A DNA stretch of 64,000 bases from NCBI GenBank assembly GCA_963693365.1, contig CAVNZM010000001.1, forward strand, positions 6,960,907-7,024,906. The letters are read 5' to 3'. Positions 50,735-64,000 of this stretch are shown in pieces (the stretch's first letter is position 1; every line of letters begins with the position of its first letter). Made by a program: the position numbers and the translations under genes. This DNA is from Amoebidium appalachense (Eukaryota > Protista > Ichthyosporea). The notes beneath the pieces were generated by a model. It was not told where the DNA came from and ran no database searches. It saw only the letters and a program-made list of their open reading frames with translations.

Positions 50735-51270
50735 ACCACCACTGGGGGCGAGGAGGAGACCGGGGAGAGAGGGGGGGGGGGGGGGGGGGGGGGGGGCTGT
50801 GAACGCAATATAAACAAATCCACATGATTTTATGTCTTAAGGGGAAATTTTTATTCATTAACCAATGAGATTCCAAGGAAAACAGTCACCGTTAACGTGG
50901 ACTCAGGAATTTCTGGTGCTAAATTAATGCTATCATTAGCCATGAAACCAATGCAATGGGTTATTGACAGACTTGAACCGTTACAATGGCAGATTGTCAC
51001 AAATGATACATACATGTATTTTAAAGGCGAAGCGCAAAAAACAGTGCATGCCTTGTATCAAAACCAACCATTCAGTCATTCAATAGCCGACCTCCTGATA
51101 TCATCATGATTCGATCATTGACTGTACAAAAATGTGGCACACACACACACACGCTGCCTCATACAAAACGCAGAGAACTAAAGTAATATTTACACTAAAA
51201 ACAAAAAGGGCGCCACGATTTATTCTAAGACCCACGGTGGCAAAAAAAAATAAAAAACACAGATAACTCT

Positions 51271-51621
51271 TTAAAGATCCTCTTTCTTGAAGCGATATCG
51301 CACAACCTCATCCTTCGGCTCCTTTTGAAATGCTCTCAAAATGTTGATGCGGTGATAAAATTCATCTTTCTTTTCGTCCGTGAGTTGACTCCTGTGTAAC
51401 ATTTCTTGCAGTCTATCAACTTCAAGTTCCAAATGCTCTTTCCCTCGTTCCGTCAGCCTTTTCAGTGCCATGAGATAGAATTTCGCTGTAGGGGGGGCTT
51501 TTCCTTCGGGATATTTTGCAATTATCTCCTTCATGTGTCTTTGTGCCGTGATTGCATCCATTCCAAAGTAGTATGCTTTTGCTATCTCGTCCAATGCCGG
51601 TAACCTTCCGGCCTGGAGACG

Positions 51622-51663
<42 letters not shown>

Positions 51664-51846
51664 GTGTTTGGAGGGGGGGGGGCGGGGGGGTGAAGGGGGA
51701 GGGGGAGGGGGGGGAGGGGGGGGGGGGGGGGGGGAGTTAGGTGTCGCACAGTACATATTACAAATATCACAACACACGTATTACAAACATCATGCAAATT
51801 GCAAAGCCCATATAGAATACGCATCATAAGCAGAGCCCATTCCCGA

Positions 51847-51879
<33 letters not shown>

Positions 51880-51911
51880 GGGGGGAAGAGGGTATGGGTT
51901 TTTTTTTTTTT

Positions 51912-51955
<44 letters not shown>

Positions 51956-52194
51956 AAAAACGGTACGTGGCTTAAAAATTCGGTAAAACAAGGTGTGCGC
52001 ACGTGATGTTCGTAGGTGTGTGTTTGGCGCCAGGTAGGTGTGGGTTGTGTGTGATCGGATTGTGTGCATTAGTGGGTGAATGCCCGGGCCGACAAAAAAT
52101 CTGCCAGTTTATGCTACCGAGCTTTCTCTCCATCGTCTCTCTGTGTGGGTATTCCTAAAGCTTTGTGTGCAATTGGTGTGTCACGGTATGCCAG

Positions 52195-52248
<54 letters not shown>

Positions 52249-52387
52249 TGTGTGTGAGAGTGAGTGAGTGAGTGTGTGTGCATGGGTGCATGCGCGCGCG
52301 CATGCGTTGTGTGTGCGCGCGCTCGTGTGTATGTGTGTGCGCGCGTGTGTATGTATGTTCGTGTTTGTGTGTGGGCATCCATGGGTG

Positions 52388-52438
<51 letters not shown>

Positions 52439-53565
52439 CGTGCGTGCGCGCGCGCATGCAAGTGGGTGCCTGCTAGCCTCTGTGTATGTGTGCTTGTCAA
52501 CTAACGGTACTAATATTAATTTCAAGTCTCTGTGTGTGTGTGTGTATTACCCTCGGTGAGAGTGTGTGCCCGTGCGTGCGTGTGTGCCCGGGGATCAATA
52601 ATGTTGTATACTTTGTCGTAATTGTTTGGGCCATGCTTAGGCAGATATTCTTAGAGGGGAGAAAAGAAAATGTTGCAGGAAAACATCAGCCAAAGGCAGT
52701 GATTGGGGGGCGCTCATGAAAAGGACAATGAAAACACGAACACATCTCTAAGGTGAAGACAGAACACCCGAGGAGAAGGGGAGGAAGGGAGATGGCCATG
52801 GGGGAAGGACAGGACATAACGGCTCGTTGAGGGGGGGGGGGGGAGGGGGGGGGGGGGAGAGGGGGGGGGGGGGGGTTGGAGGGAAGCAGGGGAGAGGAAT
52901 GAAAGGGGACTGCTGGAAGTGACCTTGGAAATAAAAGGGGTATGTGTTGCGGTTGAGGGCCGGGGGAGGGGGGGGGGGGGGGGGGGGGTACATACCATGC
53001 TCATAAGCCCACCGTCGGGCGTACGTGCAGTGCCACAGTGGGTGTTGATGAAGTCAACTAGGGGGGTCCTCGCTGGGCAAACCGCTGTATTTGATTGGTG
53101 GGGCATCACGATCTGAACCTGATAATAGGAGCACGGTCGGGTACTTTTCGATGTTGTATCTGTGTTGCACAGTGTAAGGGTCATGGCCATAATGTCATTC
53201 GTGCATTTTAAACGTGTTAATATTGGGTGTACGTGTGTGAGTGTGGGGCTGGCCCACTGTAGGTTATAAGAGGATGGAAAAGGTAGTATGTGTGTGCTTT
53301 TGGTGATGATGCTGGGAGTGGGAGGTGAGAAAAAGGGGACAGGGGGGGGGGGGTGAATTTATTGGTGCTGGGGCTGTGGGAGAGGCGGGGGGTTCTTTGC
53401 TTTTTTGGCCATGGTGGTGCTGGTGGGGGGAGGGGGGAGAGAGGGGGGGATACAACGTGGTACACGGAACAAAGCACTGAGACTGGTGGGAAGCCCAGTG
53501 AAGGACGTGTAACAATGCAGACACAACGGACAATGTGAATATGAAGCGGTGTGTGTGTGTGCGTG

Positions 53566-53625
<60 letters not shown>

Positions 53626-53696
53626 TGTATGTGTATGTGTATTGGGTGTTGGGGCCGGGGGGAGGGGGGGGGGAGGGGGGGGGGGGGGGGGAGGGG

Positions 53697-53755
<59 letters not shown>

Positions 53756-55217
53756 TGTATGTGTATGTGTATTGGGTGTTGGGGCCGGGGGGAGGGGGGG
53801 GGGAGGGGGGCGGGGGGGGGAGGGGCTATGCAAGAGAGGAGTGTACTTGGGTGCAACTCATTGCGGATCACTATAATGTAAGCGAGAAGCCGGACCGAGT
53901 GAGTGCCCTAAGCCACAACATAAAGAGGCACTCAGGTATTCAGAGGGAGCACGAGAGGCCACCGTAATCAGTGGAAGAAAAAGAAAAAGAGGGGGGGGGC
54001 AGGGGGGGATGACTCTATCACCAATGGAACGGAGCACAATCAATACAAGGCCGCACCAGGAGGGTGGGGAGGCGGGAAGGGGGAGGGGGGGCCGGGGGGA
54101 GGGGGGGGAGGGGGGGGGGGGGGGATAGAAGGTTGCAGGTGATGGCTTTGTGGAGGGGGCGGCGAGGAGGAGGGGGTTGGGAGGGTGGGGAGGGGAAGGA
54201 AGGGGGTGAGAAGGGGGGGGGGAGGTGTTTGAAAGAGAGACGGCATGGAAGGTGTTTGAAAGAGAGACGGCATAGTTTTTTTCCTCTCTCACACACACAC
54301 TCTCTTTTTCTTTTTTGCGCACTCCCGGGGGGAGGGAGGCAGGGAGGGGGGAGGGGGGGGGGGGGGGGGAGGGGGGGGGAGGGGGGGCAAACTCCTCACC
54401 TACTGCCCAAATCTGGATACATTGAGACATCCACACTCACCAACACCACACCCTGTTCTCTCTTAAACACTTTGGCTACGCGATCAAATATCGGCTGCAG
54501 CTGCCGACATTCCGCACAATCTGATTGGTGGAAAGCAACCAGCACGCTTTCCTGTGTTTCTCTTTCCGAAACAACAGATTGGAAGGTTTCCGGAGTGAGA
54601 GATTCGACATGGCCCGAGGTGTGTCTTGGAACTGTCAACCCTGATCAGGGCAAATAGCCGATGGAATTAGAAACACAATTGTTAGGTATATAGTGGCTTA
54701 CTACACCTGCAACAGTGCAAAGGCGAAAGCCAGATGCATTTTGCAATGTGTGTTTGTGATTCTGTATTTCGGAAGCGGACAAAACAGACGTTCGGGTTGA
54801 GGGGTGCTTATTAGGAGCAAACAGAAAGAGCAGGAGCATCTCCCTGTAGAGAAGGGGGGGGGGGGGGGGGGGGGGGGGGGGAGGGGGGGGAGGGGGGGTT
54901 ACGTGTTGACGTTTGTGTACGTCGTTGTGCGGGCCGGGGGAGGGGGGGAGGGGGGGAGGGGGGGACGGGGGGGGGGGGACGGTGGGGGGGAGGGGAGGGG
55001 GGAGGACTACAAACAAAGGTGAACGGACACAGCATCAACAGGGGAGTCGAAACAGCATGTTATCACCATGAGCCAAGAAGGGCGTGAATGTTTGCACCCA
55101 AGCTGCACAACAAGGAGCAGGCCCATTCAGAGTGTGAAAAATGGATTGCTGAGAGGGTCATGCAGGGGGGAAGGGGGGGGTGAGGGGGGGGGGGGGGGGA
55201 GGATTAGGTTAGCTTGC

Positions 55218-55263
<46 letters not shown>

Positions 55264-55486
55264 AAACTTGTATACGCCCAACACCGTGGCTGGCGACACG
55301 AGTGGTTGGGATTATAGCATGAACAAGGGTTGGGATTGGCTGGGGTCCAAGAACTGTTCAGCTTGAGATGAGCAGTGATGTGCGGGTCTATTTTGTCTGA
55401 GGGTTGGAGATTGTGTGGGGAGACAGAGAGGGGGGTTTGCATGTGTTGTGTATGTGTATGGGGAGGGGGGAGAGGGGGGTGGGGGT

Positions 55487-55524
<38 letters not shown>

Positions 55525-55529
55525 AGAGG

Positions 55530-55592
<63 letters not shown>

Positions 55593-55598
55593 AGAGAG

Positions 55599-55668
<70 letters not shown>

Positions 55669-55858
55669 ACGAGGAAGGGAGGGGGGGGGGGGGGGGGGGG
55701 GGGGGGTTGGTTGAAGGGGCCTACCTAGTCTCTTACTGACCCATTCCGTTATGCCCTGGGCGTCACTGGGGCCATCATATCTGTACGAGCCAGGTTGAAG
55801 GGGATAGTTTGTGGTGGGTTTGGCAGGTAGGGTTGGGATGAGGGGAGAAGGGTGTGTG

Positions 55859-55893
<35 letters not shown>

Positions 55894-55985
55894 GGGCAGC
55901 GGAGAGGAGGGGAGGCAGCGGAGGGGAGGCAGCGGAATGGGGATGCCAATGGATCTGGGTGGAGGCCGGGAGAGGGGAAGGGGAA

Positions 55986-56020
<35 letters not shown>

Positions 56021-56423
56021 CTGGAGGGCAGGCGATCGCGGGGGGAGGAGGGAGGGGGGGGGGGGTATATGCTAAAGGGTGGCAAACATGGAAGCAGGGG
56101 TGATAAAAATGCACACAAACACAACACAAAATAGAAACCACATCAAACTGGCATGAAGGACACACCTAAACAGAGCCTATCATCATGGGAGTTCGCTTGG
56201 GTTGGGTTTTGGGGTCCCGGGGGGGGGAGGGGGGAGGGGGGAGGGGGAAGGGGGGAGGGAGGGGAAGGGGAGGTGGGGAATGCGGCAGGTGTTAAGGTAA
56301 CGGGATGTCGTGAGAAAGGTTAATCACAAGGACAAATGAGCTGGAGCAAATACTACTTTTTTAGGATCATGTAAACAGTCAACAACGACCAGAAAAGTGG
56401 GGGTAAGGGGCAAGGCAGGGCCC

Positions 56424-56454
<31 letters not shown>

Positions 56455-57360
56455 AGGGGGGGGAAAGGGAAGGATGAGGGGAAATGAGGGAGGAGGGGGA
56501 GGAGGGAGGTCGGATTCAACGTGTTGGGTCTTCAATCCTATGTTGCTTGAGAAGGGTGCTTCTTAAAAAGAGGGACTTAAGTGGAAAGTTTGGTGAACCT
56601 TCGAATCATTTTCCAGAATATTCTCCTAATTGTGGTGGCTTCAAAAACAGGGATACGTCAAACCACCCCCCTCCACCCCCCTCCCCTCCCTCCCCCGTCT
56701 CCCCCTGCCCCTGCTGCTGCAACGAAAAATGATCTTTTTCTTCTGCCATTCTCTACAATATTACCCAGGCCTAAGTATAGCTTACCTTTCTGGTGTTGTG
56801 TCCCCCTTTTCAAAAAACAACATAGTCGGATAGTGATCCACCGAAAACCTTTTGGTCAACACCGGGTTTTCCTCTCCATCAACGTGAACCAACCGCACCA
56901 CATCAGCATGGGGCTGAAGAGCCAGTGACGCAAAATGATACTCGTGTTGCAGTTGCAGGGACTTGGCACACCATGATGCCGCAAAGGCTACCAGATAGCT
57001 GAAGCTACCGTTGATAACCTGTGAAGGCGTGGTGGAAAGTGAGGGAAAGGGGGTGGGGCGGGGCGGGAGTTGAGGGGAGAGGGGGAGGGAGGGGGGGGGG
57101 GGGGGGAGAGGATTTGAGGGGGGGAGGGGGGAGGGGGGCGGGGGGAGGGGGGAGTTGAAGGAGTGGGTACCGTGAGAATGTGGGAATGGAGGGTGAGGGG
57201 GGAAGTATATACGCGGCAACAGCATAAAGCACGGGGAGGTTGTGATTGTTGCTATGCATTCTGTAAGTGCAACCGGGCCGGGCGTGTGTGTGTGTGTATG
57301 TGCTTCGGGGGGAGAGGGGTTGGGGAGGGAGGGGGGGGGGATGAAGAGTAGGGTCAGGAA

Positions 57361-57418
<58 letters not shown>

Positions 57419-57482
57419 TGTGCGCCCCAAATACACGCACGTGCACATGCGCACACACGCACAGATGACCGCGACATGCACG

Positions 57483-57525
<43 letters not shown>

Positions 57526-57804
57526 ACACATACACGCACACACGCACACACGCACACACACACACGCACACACGCACACACACACACACCACTTCCCTTT
57601 GATTTAAGATATAAAGGATATATACAGTTTGCAGTATAGTTGTCTCTCTTAAACAAGCACATTCTTGGCATACAAACAGACACTTGCCTTATCGAAGTCA
57701 TCCTGTGTTGTTGTAAAAATACCATTCTTATTCCAAGGAGACTCATGGGCAAAAGTTGTGCACAGCAATAGCGCTGCAAGGACAACGAGATGCTTGAATC
57801 CCAT
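51271..57804 (-). CDS. Protein disulfide isomerase, ERp38/P5-type (signal peptide, two thioredoxin domains, ERp29-like C-terminal D domain, KEDL)
   Basis: Exons 57688-57804, 56786-57018 (WCAKS), 55725-55780, 54400-54640 (DCAEC), 52996-53159 (needs removal of one base at 53061-53066), 51271-51612 ([11 protein letters not shown]...[15 protein letters not shown]...KEDL*). The [13 protein letters not shown] motif is typical of ERp38. Confidence 0.9.
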
Positions 57805-58797
57805 TCCCTTTTGCAATTGATACGGGCCTCGGAATCGGATTGAGAGCAACGAGGGAAAAGAGTGTGATGTTGGTAGTCAACGAGATCTTGGTCTCTGCTG
57901 AGTAGTTTGGGCATATGGAGAGTACTTAATAGTATAGAGGCTTTTGTGATATAATAACCCTGCAAGAAAATATCAAGTCTGGTGGTAATCTGCGTGTTGA
58001 CCAGCTGTATGTTCCTTGTTGTGCAGTTGCACAGAAATGTCACTCTCAGGCCGCTGTCAAATTTTGTGGCAGCCTCACGCGAGTTCAAAACAAGTTGACG
58101 AGCTTTCTGTCATGCTCCAAGCCGCGTTAAATTAATTTATTTTTATAATTTGAATAACCAGACAGGAGGGTTCGGGCAACATCCATAGTTGTGGTCAGTG
58201 GTCACCAGGTTGTCGCCACAGCCACGAGTTTCCCGGGAATTTGGACGGTGCGCAGACAACCAATCAGCCACCTGTGCGAAGGAGGGATGTAAAAGTTCAC
58301 AAAGATACCCTTGAAGGACATCACTGGTAAGCAAAATTGAGCCACTAGAAAGAGCAATTCAGTTAATGATAGTATGGATACTTGAAACACCATTTTTTTT
58401 TTAACTGGTACTATAGAAGGACCAAGTTTATATTGCCGTTGCCATGCATTGGCCTCCAAGTCTTTTGGAAAGTCACTGGAACCGACAGTAACGACATCGA
58501 CATCATGATTCCGCCATCTTCAACAAGCCTTCTGTTTGCCCTTCTCTTCCAAAACCATCCTTAAACGAATCATTTGCTAGGTTCTTTTTTTAGCAGCCAT
58601 TCATTTTCGTGTGAACGACTTCTTTTGCGTTCCAGAGCCGCGTCTGCAAGTATATAAACCTACCCAGCTGTCGACGTCCAGCTCACATTTACCACAGTAG
58701 CTTTCTCAATTCTCCGTCGTCACAAAAGTTTCCGCTATAGATATATAGAAACGTGAACGCTCCTAAGTAGACTTTTGTGTAATTGAACCGCTGCATC
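57805..58797. promoter_or_regulatory. Divergent (head-to-head) promoter region between PDI and subtilisin
   Basis: About 1 kb without microsatellites between two outward-facing ATGs. CCAATCAG at ~58260 and TATATAAA at 58651-58658. Confidence 0.5.
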
Positions 58798-61700
58798 ATG
58801 AACCTTTTCAGCCATATTCCAGCTGCAGCGGCCGTCTTTGGCCTGCTGCTGTGCCTTTCACCATCAAGTGCTGCACCGGGCCGTTCTCCACTGCTCCGTG
58901 CCTTCAACACCAAGAACGCCGTCACCGGCAAGTACCTCGTCAAGGTGGACCTCAGTACCGACCCAGCAAAGACAAGAGCGGCCCTTGACCATCTGAGAAT
59001 GAAGTACACAAGCTTCTCTCCCTTTGCCGAGGGGAACTCTTCTGCTGTTCGTCTCCCTGAGTCTGGGCTTGTAGAGCTGGATTTGGACCCCTCCCAGCTG
59101 CTTGCTCTCCGTGACGACAATGTCGTTTCTTCTGTGGAGGAGGTGCAGATGTTCTATCCTACCGGCCGCTCTGCTATGTCGTGGGGTATTGACCGCATAA
59201 ACCAGGTGGGGGGCTAAATTTTGGCTTTCTTTCTTGCCTTGCTACTCATTAAAAAGCAGCTCTGCATCTGGTGATATCGGCATGTGTAGGTCTCGCCAGG
59301 TTCCTGGTTTCAATGCTATCTTGTTTTAGAAACTTCTAACCTACAGTAATTTGCCCTACTATTGTCTAGTTTTGCCTTTTTAGAGTTTGTTTTATTAATA
59401 TCTTGCTCTCTATACCGCTATAATATCTTGCTCTCTATACCGCCGTCTTTTAACTAGAATTGAAGCGTGGAAGAAACTTCTTGTTTCCCCTGGGTCGTAG
59501 TAGGGACCCGGTGTTGATGTGGGTACATTAGAGCATTAACTAACCCTTGGGCATATGAAATTTCTGAAGTTTTTACGTTGCTTATTCAGGGATTGGTATG
59601 CTTAAATCGACCCGTTACTCATTTTGTATTGAATCATTTTGGAACTTTATCGCTGTTGTTGGCTTTTTGTGCCACCCTCCACTCCCCCTTCTCCCCCCTC
59701 CCCCCCACCCCTCCCTCACCCCCTTAAGCTTCTTGCCTATGTTTGTACGACTATTGAATTTAATATACTCTATTTTTATGTCATGTCTTTGCAGTTTGAA
59801 TGTCCGGATAGGCGTCGGCATAGTATAGATGAACTCTTTTTTTTTATTTTTTTAGTTGTTCGTTTCAATGATTTTTATGCGCGGCAGCGCACATGGTTCT
59901 GGTTCTTGCTCCTTGCTTTTTTCCTCGAACGTGTTGACGGGCCTTTGGAGTGCCTCTACGTGTGTTTTGTTTTTACCAGGCCTAGTAAGGGGTCACCACT
60001 TACACTATTTTTCGAACCTCGGCTTTTGGAAATCACTCCTAATGGTATCAGGGCGGCACCATTGCGTTTCTATTGTCCACCTGTGCCCCAACTCTTCCTG
60101 CTTGCTTTGTCACCTCTGCATAATTTTTCGTTGGTGTACACAAACCTCTTTTAGACCACTCAGTCATAGACCCTCCAGTTGCCTGGATATCTAAGTTGTC
60201 CTTTTCATTTGAGTATGATATTGCTTGATCTAACCGGAGTTGATGTGGACTTTTTTTTGAATTGCATGCCCGTTGTGCTTGTTTCACACGTTCTTCAAAC
60301 ACCAATTTGCCAAATCCAGAATTGATTGCATTTGCCAGAATGCTTGTTTCACGTACGTTTGCCAGTTGAGTGCATTTCAGTGGAGCCATCAGTAGATGCA
60401 CATTTCATGAGGATATTTCTCGATCCGTGCCTGTGGAATTTATGCTTGAAGTCGGCTTTTCGTTTTTCGCAAGCTTTAGTGCGAATGTTGATTTAGCACT
60501 CAATTAACGTTAAGCTCTATTTATTTACTTTCTCAGTTGACAAACTCTTCCTCAGAGTGATTTGAAACTGTTTCCCCCGTCCCCCCTTGGCAATGTCAAT
60601 AAGAATGGCTTCTCCAAAGTTCGCTTTTGTGTAGTGTACGTGAGGTGGGAGGGGAAGGGGGGGGGGGGGGGGGTTGCCGTTGTGCTTTTCGGGTGCTTTT
60701 CGTGAGAAGGTTTTTTATACTGACGTTGTCAGTGACTTCCTCGAAATACACGAGATACATATTTTTGTGATTAGTAAATTGCAGCATCCACTCATTTTTC
60801 TTTTTCAATATTCAAGCGAAATATTCTTTACCCCGTAGGTTACACTTTCTCACACCACTTGTCGATTCACATCTGCATGACTTTTTGTTCAGATGCTTGA
60901 CATCTTCAACACTGGTTTCCGGTCTGCAAGTCAGCATATTCGTGTCTCAGTTTCTATCCCCTGCACCAGAATGCTACCTTCACGACACAGCCAGCAGCAC
61001 ATTCCTTCTTGATTTATTTTAGCTTGCCGTATACTGAGTGCAGTACGAGGAGTCCTTGGCCTAGTTCTGCGAGTTGCACAAAATCTCTTGAGATCAGTTT
61101 GAATCGATCATGTCTGGCAGATAGCCCAGTTACGGTAGTAGTGTTCAGTGTATGGGAATAGTGACTTATAATTTCAAGAGTGTTTTCTAACCCCCACGTC
61201 ATCCTTCAAATTTAGGTTCAGATGCCGCTGGATGGTGATGCCTCTTACTGGGGTCCGGGTGGGGAGGGTGTGGACGTGTATTTGGTGGACACGGGCATCG
61301 ACCTCGAGAACAACGCCGCACAATTTGAAGGTAGTACACCGTAGACACATGCATCATGATGCCCATCCCTTTCCCCAGTCTGCCCCCCCCCCCCCCCCCC
61401 CCCCCTCCCCCCACTCTTTTCCCGTTCTCCCCAGCCCATTCCCTCCCCCCCCCCCCCCCCTCTTCTCCCCCCCCCCCCCCCCCCCCCCCCCACCACCAAA
61501 AAAAAAAAAAAAAAAAAAATTTCCCGGCTTCTTCGCCGGCCCCTGCTGTTTGCCTGCCCGCCTTCTTTCAGCGGCTTCTTCATATTTCCCAAATTTAAAC
61601 TGGCATTTTTGTTTTAACATTGTTGTACATATGTATCATTTAAATGTAGATGTATTCAGAATTATTTGTCCCAAAAAAAAAACACCGAGTTTTTTAGGTT

Positions 61701-63462
61701 ACTTTTCACACTTTTGTAAACAGCACAATCAGGGTTATGATGGGATGGATGTGATTGTGTTAACCAAACTTGGCAACGGGGCCACAGGTCGTGCGCGGCG
61801 GTTCTGGACTGGCTATGGAGACGGGCTGGACCGGCAAGGCCACGGCACCCACACGGCCGGCACGGTGGGGTCACGTGACTACGGGGTGGCCCCGAGGGCA
61901 AACATCTTTGCGGTCAAAGTTTTTGATGGCTCCGGCGGCACCACCACAACCATTCTCCAAGTATGACCTGAACTGTGGCATGAAATTTCGCTCCTCCTAT
62001 GGGTACATATAGCATCCTAGGCAGCTGAGTGCTCAGGCTCATTGTGTGAAAACGGTTCTTTCTTACCGTGTCCTAAATATTTATTGATGTGGTTCAAGCA
62101 ACGGTTTCAAAGTGGAGTGCGCATGCACATACACACATATCTAATCACCTCTCTTTGCCCAGGGTCTTGAGGCGGTGCGGCAGGGGCGGGCTGTTGGGCG
62201 GCCGGCGGTGGTGTCGATGTCGCTTGGGGGCGGCTACTCGGGGGAGCTCAACAGTGCTGTGGCCCGGCTGGTGGCCGAGGGGGTGACGGTGGTGGTGGCG
62301 GCCGGCAACGACAACCAAGACGCCTGCGCCTACTCCCCCGCCAGCGAGCAGTCCGTCATCACCGTGGGCGCCACCACACAGGCTGGGAGCAGCGACGTAA
62401 AGGCATCTTTTAGCAACTGGGGGAGGTGTGTGACCGTGACTCTGCTCATACCGTTGTAAACCCCCCGCTGTGGAGTCTTCTCCAGCACCTCTGTGTACCT
62501 CTCATGGCCCCTTCCCCTCTCCAGTTTCCCCGTCCGAGTCCCCCGTTAGAAAACACACACACACAACCCCCTCCCTCCCTCCCCCCCTTCCTCCCCCCCT
62601 CACCCTCAACCTCCCCCCCCCCCCCCCAACCCCCTCCCCTCCCTCCCCCCCTCCCCCTCCCCCCCCCCCCCCCCCCCCCGGGCTCCCGCCCCCCACCCCG
62701 CGCAGCTTTAGCTTCCCCTTGGCCGTAAGTTTACCACGCACTGGACGAGGTCCTTTTTCCTTACATGCCATCAGCATACTACCAAATCATGGTGTTTTTT
62801 TCATAAAGTGCGGCACGTGTCCACTCCATTCCACTTGTAGTTCCTAACTAACAAATTTTCTCGCTGCAGGTGTGTGGACATCAATGCCCCCGGTCAAGAC
62901 ATCATGTCCACCTACATGGGTGGCACCCCAAGGAGTCTCTCTGGCACGTCAATGTAGGTTTCTAAATGTGGTCCATCAAAACTCCCACCGTTATCACAAC
63001 CATTGGACGCTCAGTATTGTACCTCGTTTCCTTTGAGATGCCATAGACTATGAGCTTATTCCTGGATCGGTGCTCTCTTGCCCTTGCTAGCAGTTACCTT
63101 TAGAGCTTTGGCATGTTTGGCCACTGAAGAACAGATAGGTTAGGGAAGAAGTGTGGGTATTGTATTTCCCCTGGGAAATCCGGAGGAAGGGAGGGGGGGG
63201 GGGGGGGGTACTTTAATTCTGGAAGGTACACTGTATGGGCTTAGCCTACTAGGTGTTGCTGTGAAAGGGTGAAGGGGAGGGAGGTGGGGAGGGTCAGTGG
63301 ATGGGCTTGTGTGCTCCTCAGGAGATCTAGGGGGGGGGGGGGGGGGGGTATCTGTGAAACCTAATATACCAACTGAAAATTGCTGAATGCAGGGCATGCC
63401 CCCACGTGTCTGGTGCTGCTGCCCTCTACCTCAGCCAGAACCCAACAGCAACACCTGCACAG
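58798..63462 (+). CDS. Secreted subtilisin-like serine protease (S8A, proteinase K-like, with I9-type propeptide); 3' end beyond window
   Basis: Exons 58798-59205, 61216-61330 (VYLVDTGI), 61788-61960 (GHGTHTAGTVGS), 62163-62425 (VVAAGNDNQDACAYSPAS), 62870-62953 and 63393-63462 (SGTSMACPHVSG), all phase-consistent. The D/H/S triad is intact and there is an N-terminal hydrophobic signal. Confidence 0.95.
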
Positions 63463-63831
63463 GTGGGTTGTGCTCGTTTATTGTGTTTTGTAGCAAACGC
63501 GTTTGGAAAGTCTCATGGCAACAGTGCTGCAAGGTATTTAGGGTGAGGCACTTCGATTCGGGTCAGTAAAGTGGGCACTTTTCTCGAGTGTGTGAATTTT
63601 GGGCGTATGGCACTTGAAAGACTTAAAAAGGTTGGTTTCTTTATGAGGGGAATATAACACATGCACCTTTATGCCCATAAAAAGGGCTTGGGACGGGGGG
63701 GGTGGGGGGGTTGAATTTAGTTGTGTGTGTGTTTTGCTTGTGTGTATGTGTGTGTTTTGTGGTGGTGGTGTGTGTGTGTGTTGGGAAGGGGGGGGAGGGG
63801 GGGGGGGAGAAGGGGGCGCTGCGGGGAAACG

Positions 63832-63866
<35 letters not shown>

Positions 63867-64000
63867 TGGCAGAAGGGGTAGGGAGGGGAGGGGGGAGGGA
63901 GGGGAGGGATCCCAGAGAGGGGAAAGGGGGAGGGGAGGGATCGGGGAAGGGAGGGCCGGGGGGGGGGGGGGGGGGGGGGGGGGGAGGGGGGGGGGGGGGG

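Noticed and set aside
53560-54275. Local direct duplications in a PDI intron (also 18088-18137 and 49321-49460)
   Set aside because: Consistent with ordinary slippage duplications in low-complexity DNA; no further structure.

Overview
Intron-rich eukaryotic genomic DNA, not prokaryotic. Most ORFs in the supplied track are artefacts of poly-C/poly-G, (CA)n/(TG)n and (GA)n tracts inside introns. Manual splicing with splice-site and phase checks recovers six multi-exon genes: (1) a 5'-truncated membrane protein resembling the myelin proteolipid/M6 (lipophilin) family; (2) an ARNT/CLOCK-like HLH-PAS-PAS transcription factor whose basic region looks degenerate; (3) an OTU deubiquitinase-CXC-SANT/Myb-zinc-ribbon gene with an upstream Mutator-transposase-like exon; (4) an ASPP-like (RVxF-ankyrin-SH3) PP1 regulator with a long coiled-coil N-terminus; (5) an ERp38/P5-type protein disulfide isomerase ending KEDL; and (6) a divergently transcribed proteinase-K-like S8 subtilisin, 3'-truncated by the window edge. 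Intergenic and intronic DNA holds decayed non-LTR retrotransposon fragments, two MITE-like elements, a bipartite 75/52-bp minisatellite and a 228-bp intronic repeat family flanked by G-tracts. The animal-like gene set with microsatellite-filled introns suggests a unicellular holozoan; this is inference only. The most unusual signals are a strand-polarised simple-repeat pattern at intron ends, two apparent CACG 3' splice sites, and the OTU/MULE chimera. At least one homopolymer frameshift suggests assembly indel errors, which weakens single-base claims. Family assignments rest on remembered motif similarity; no database search was run.
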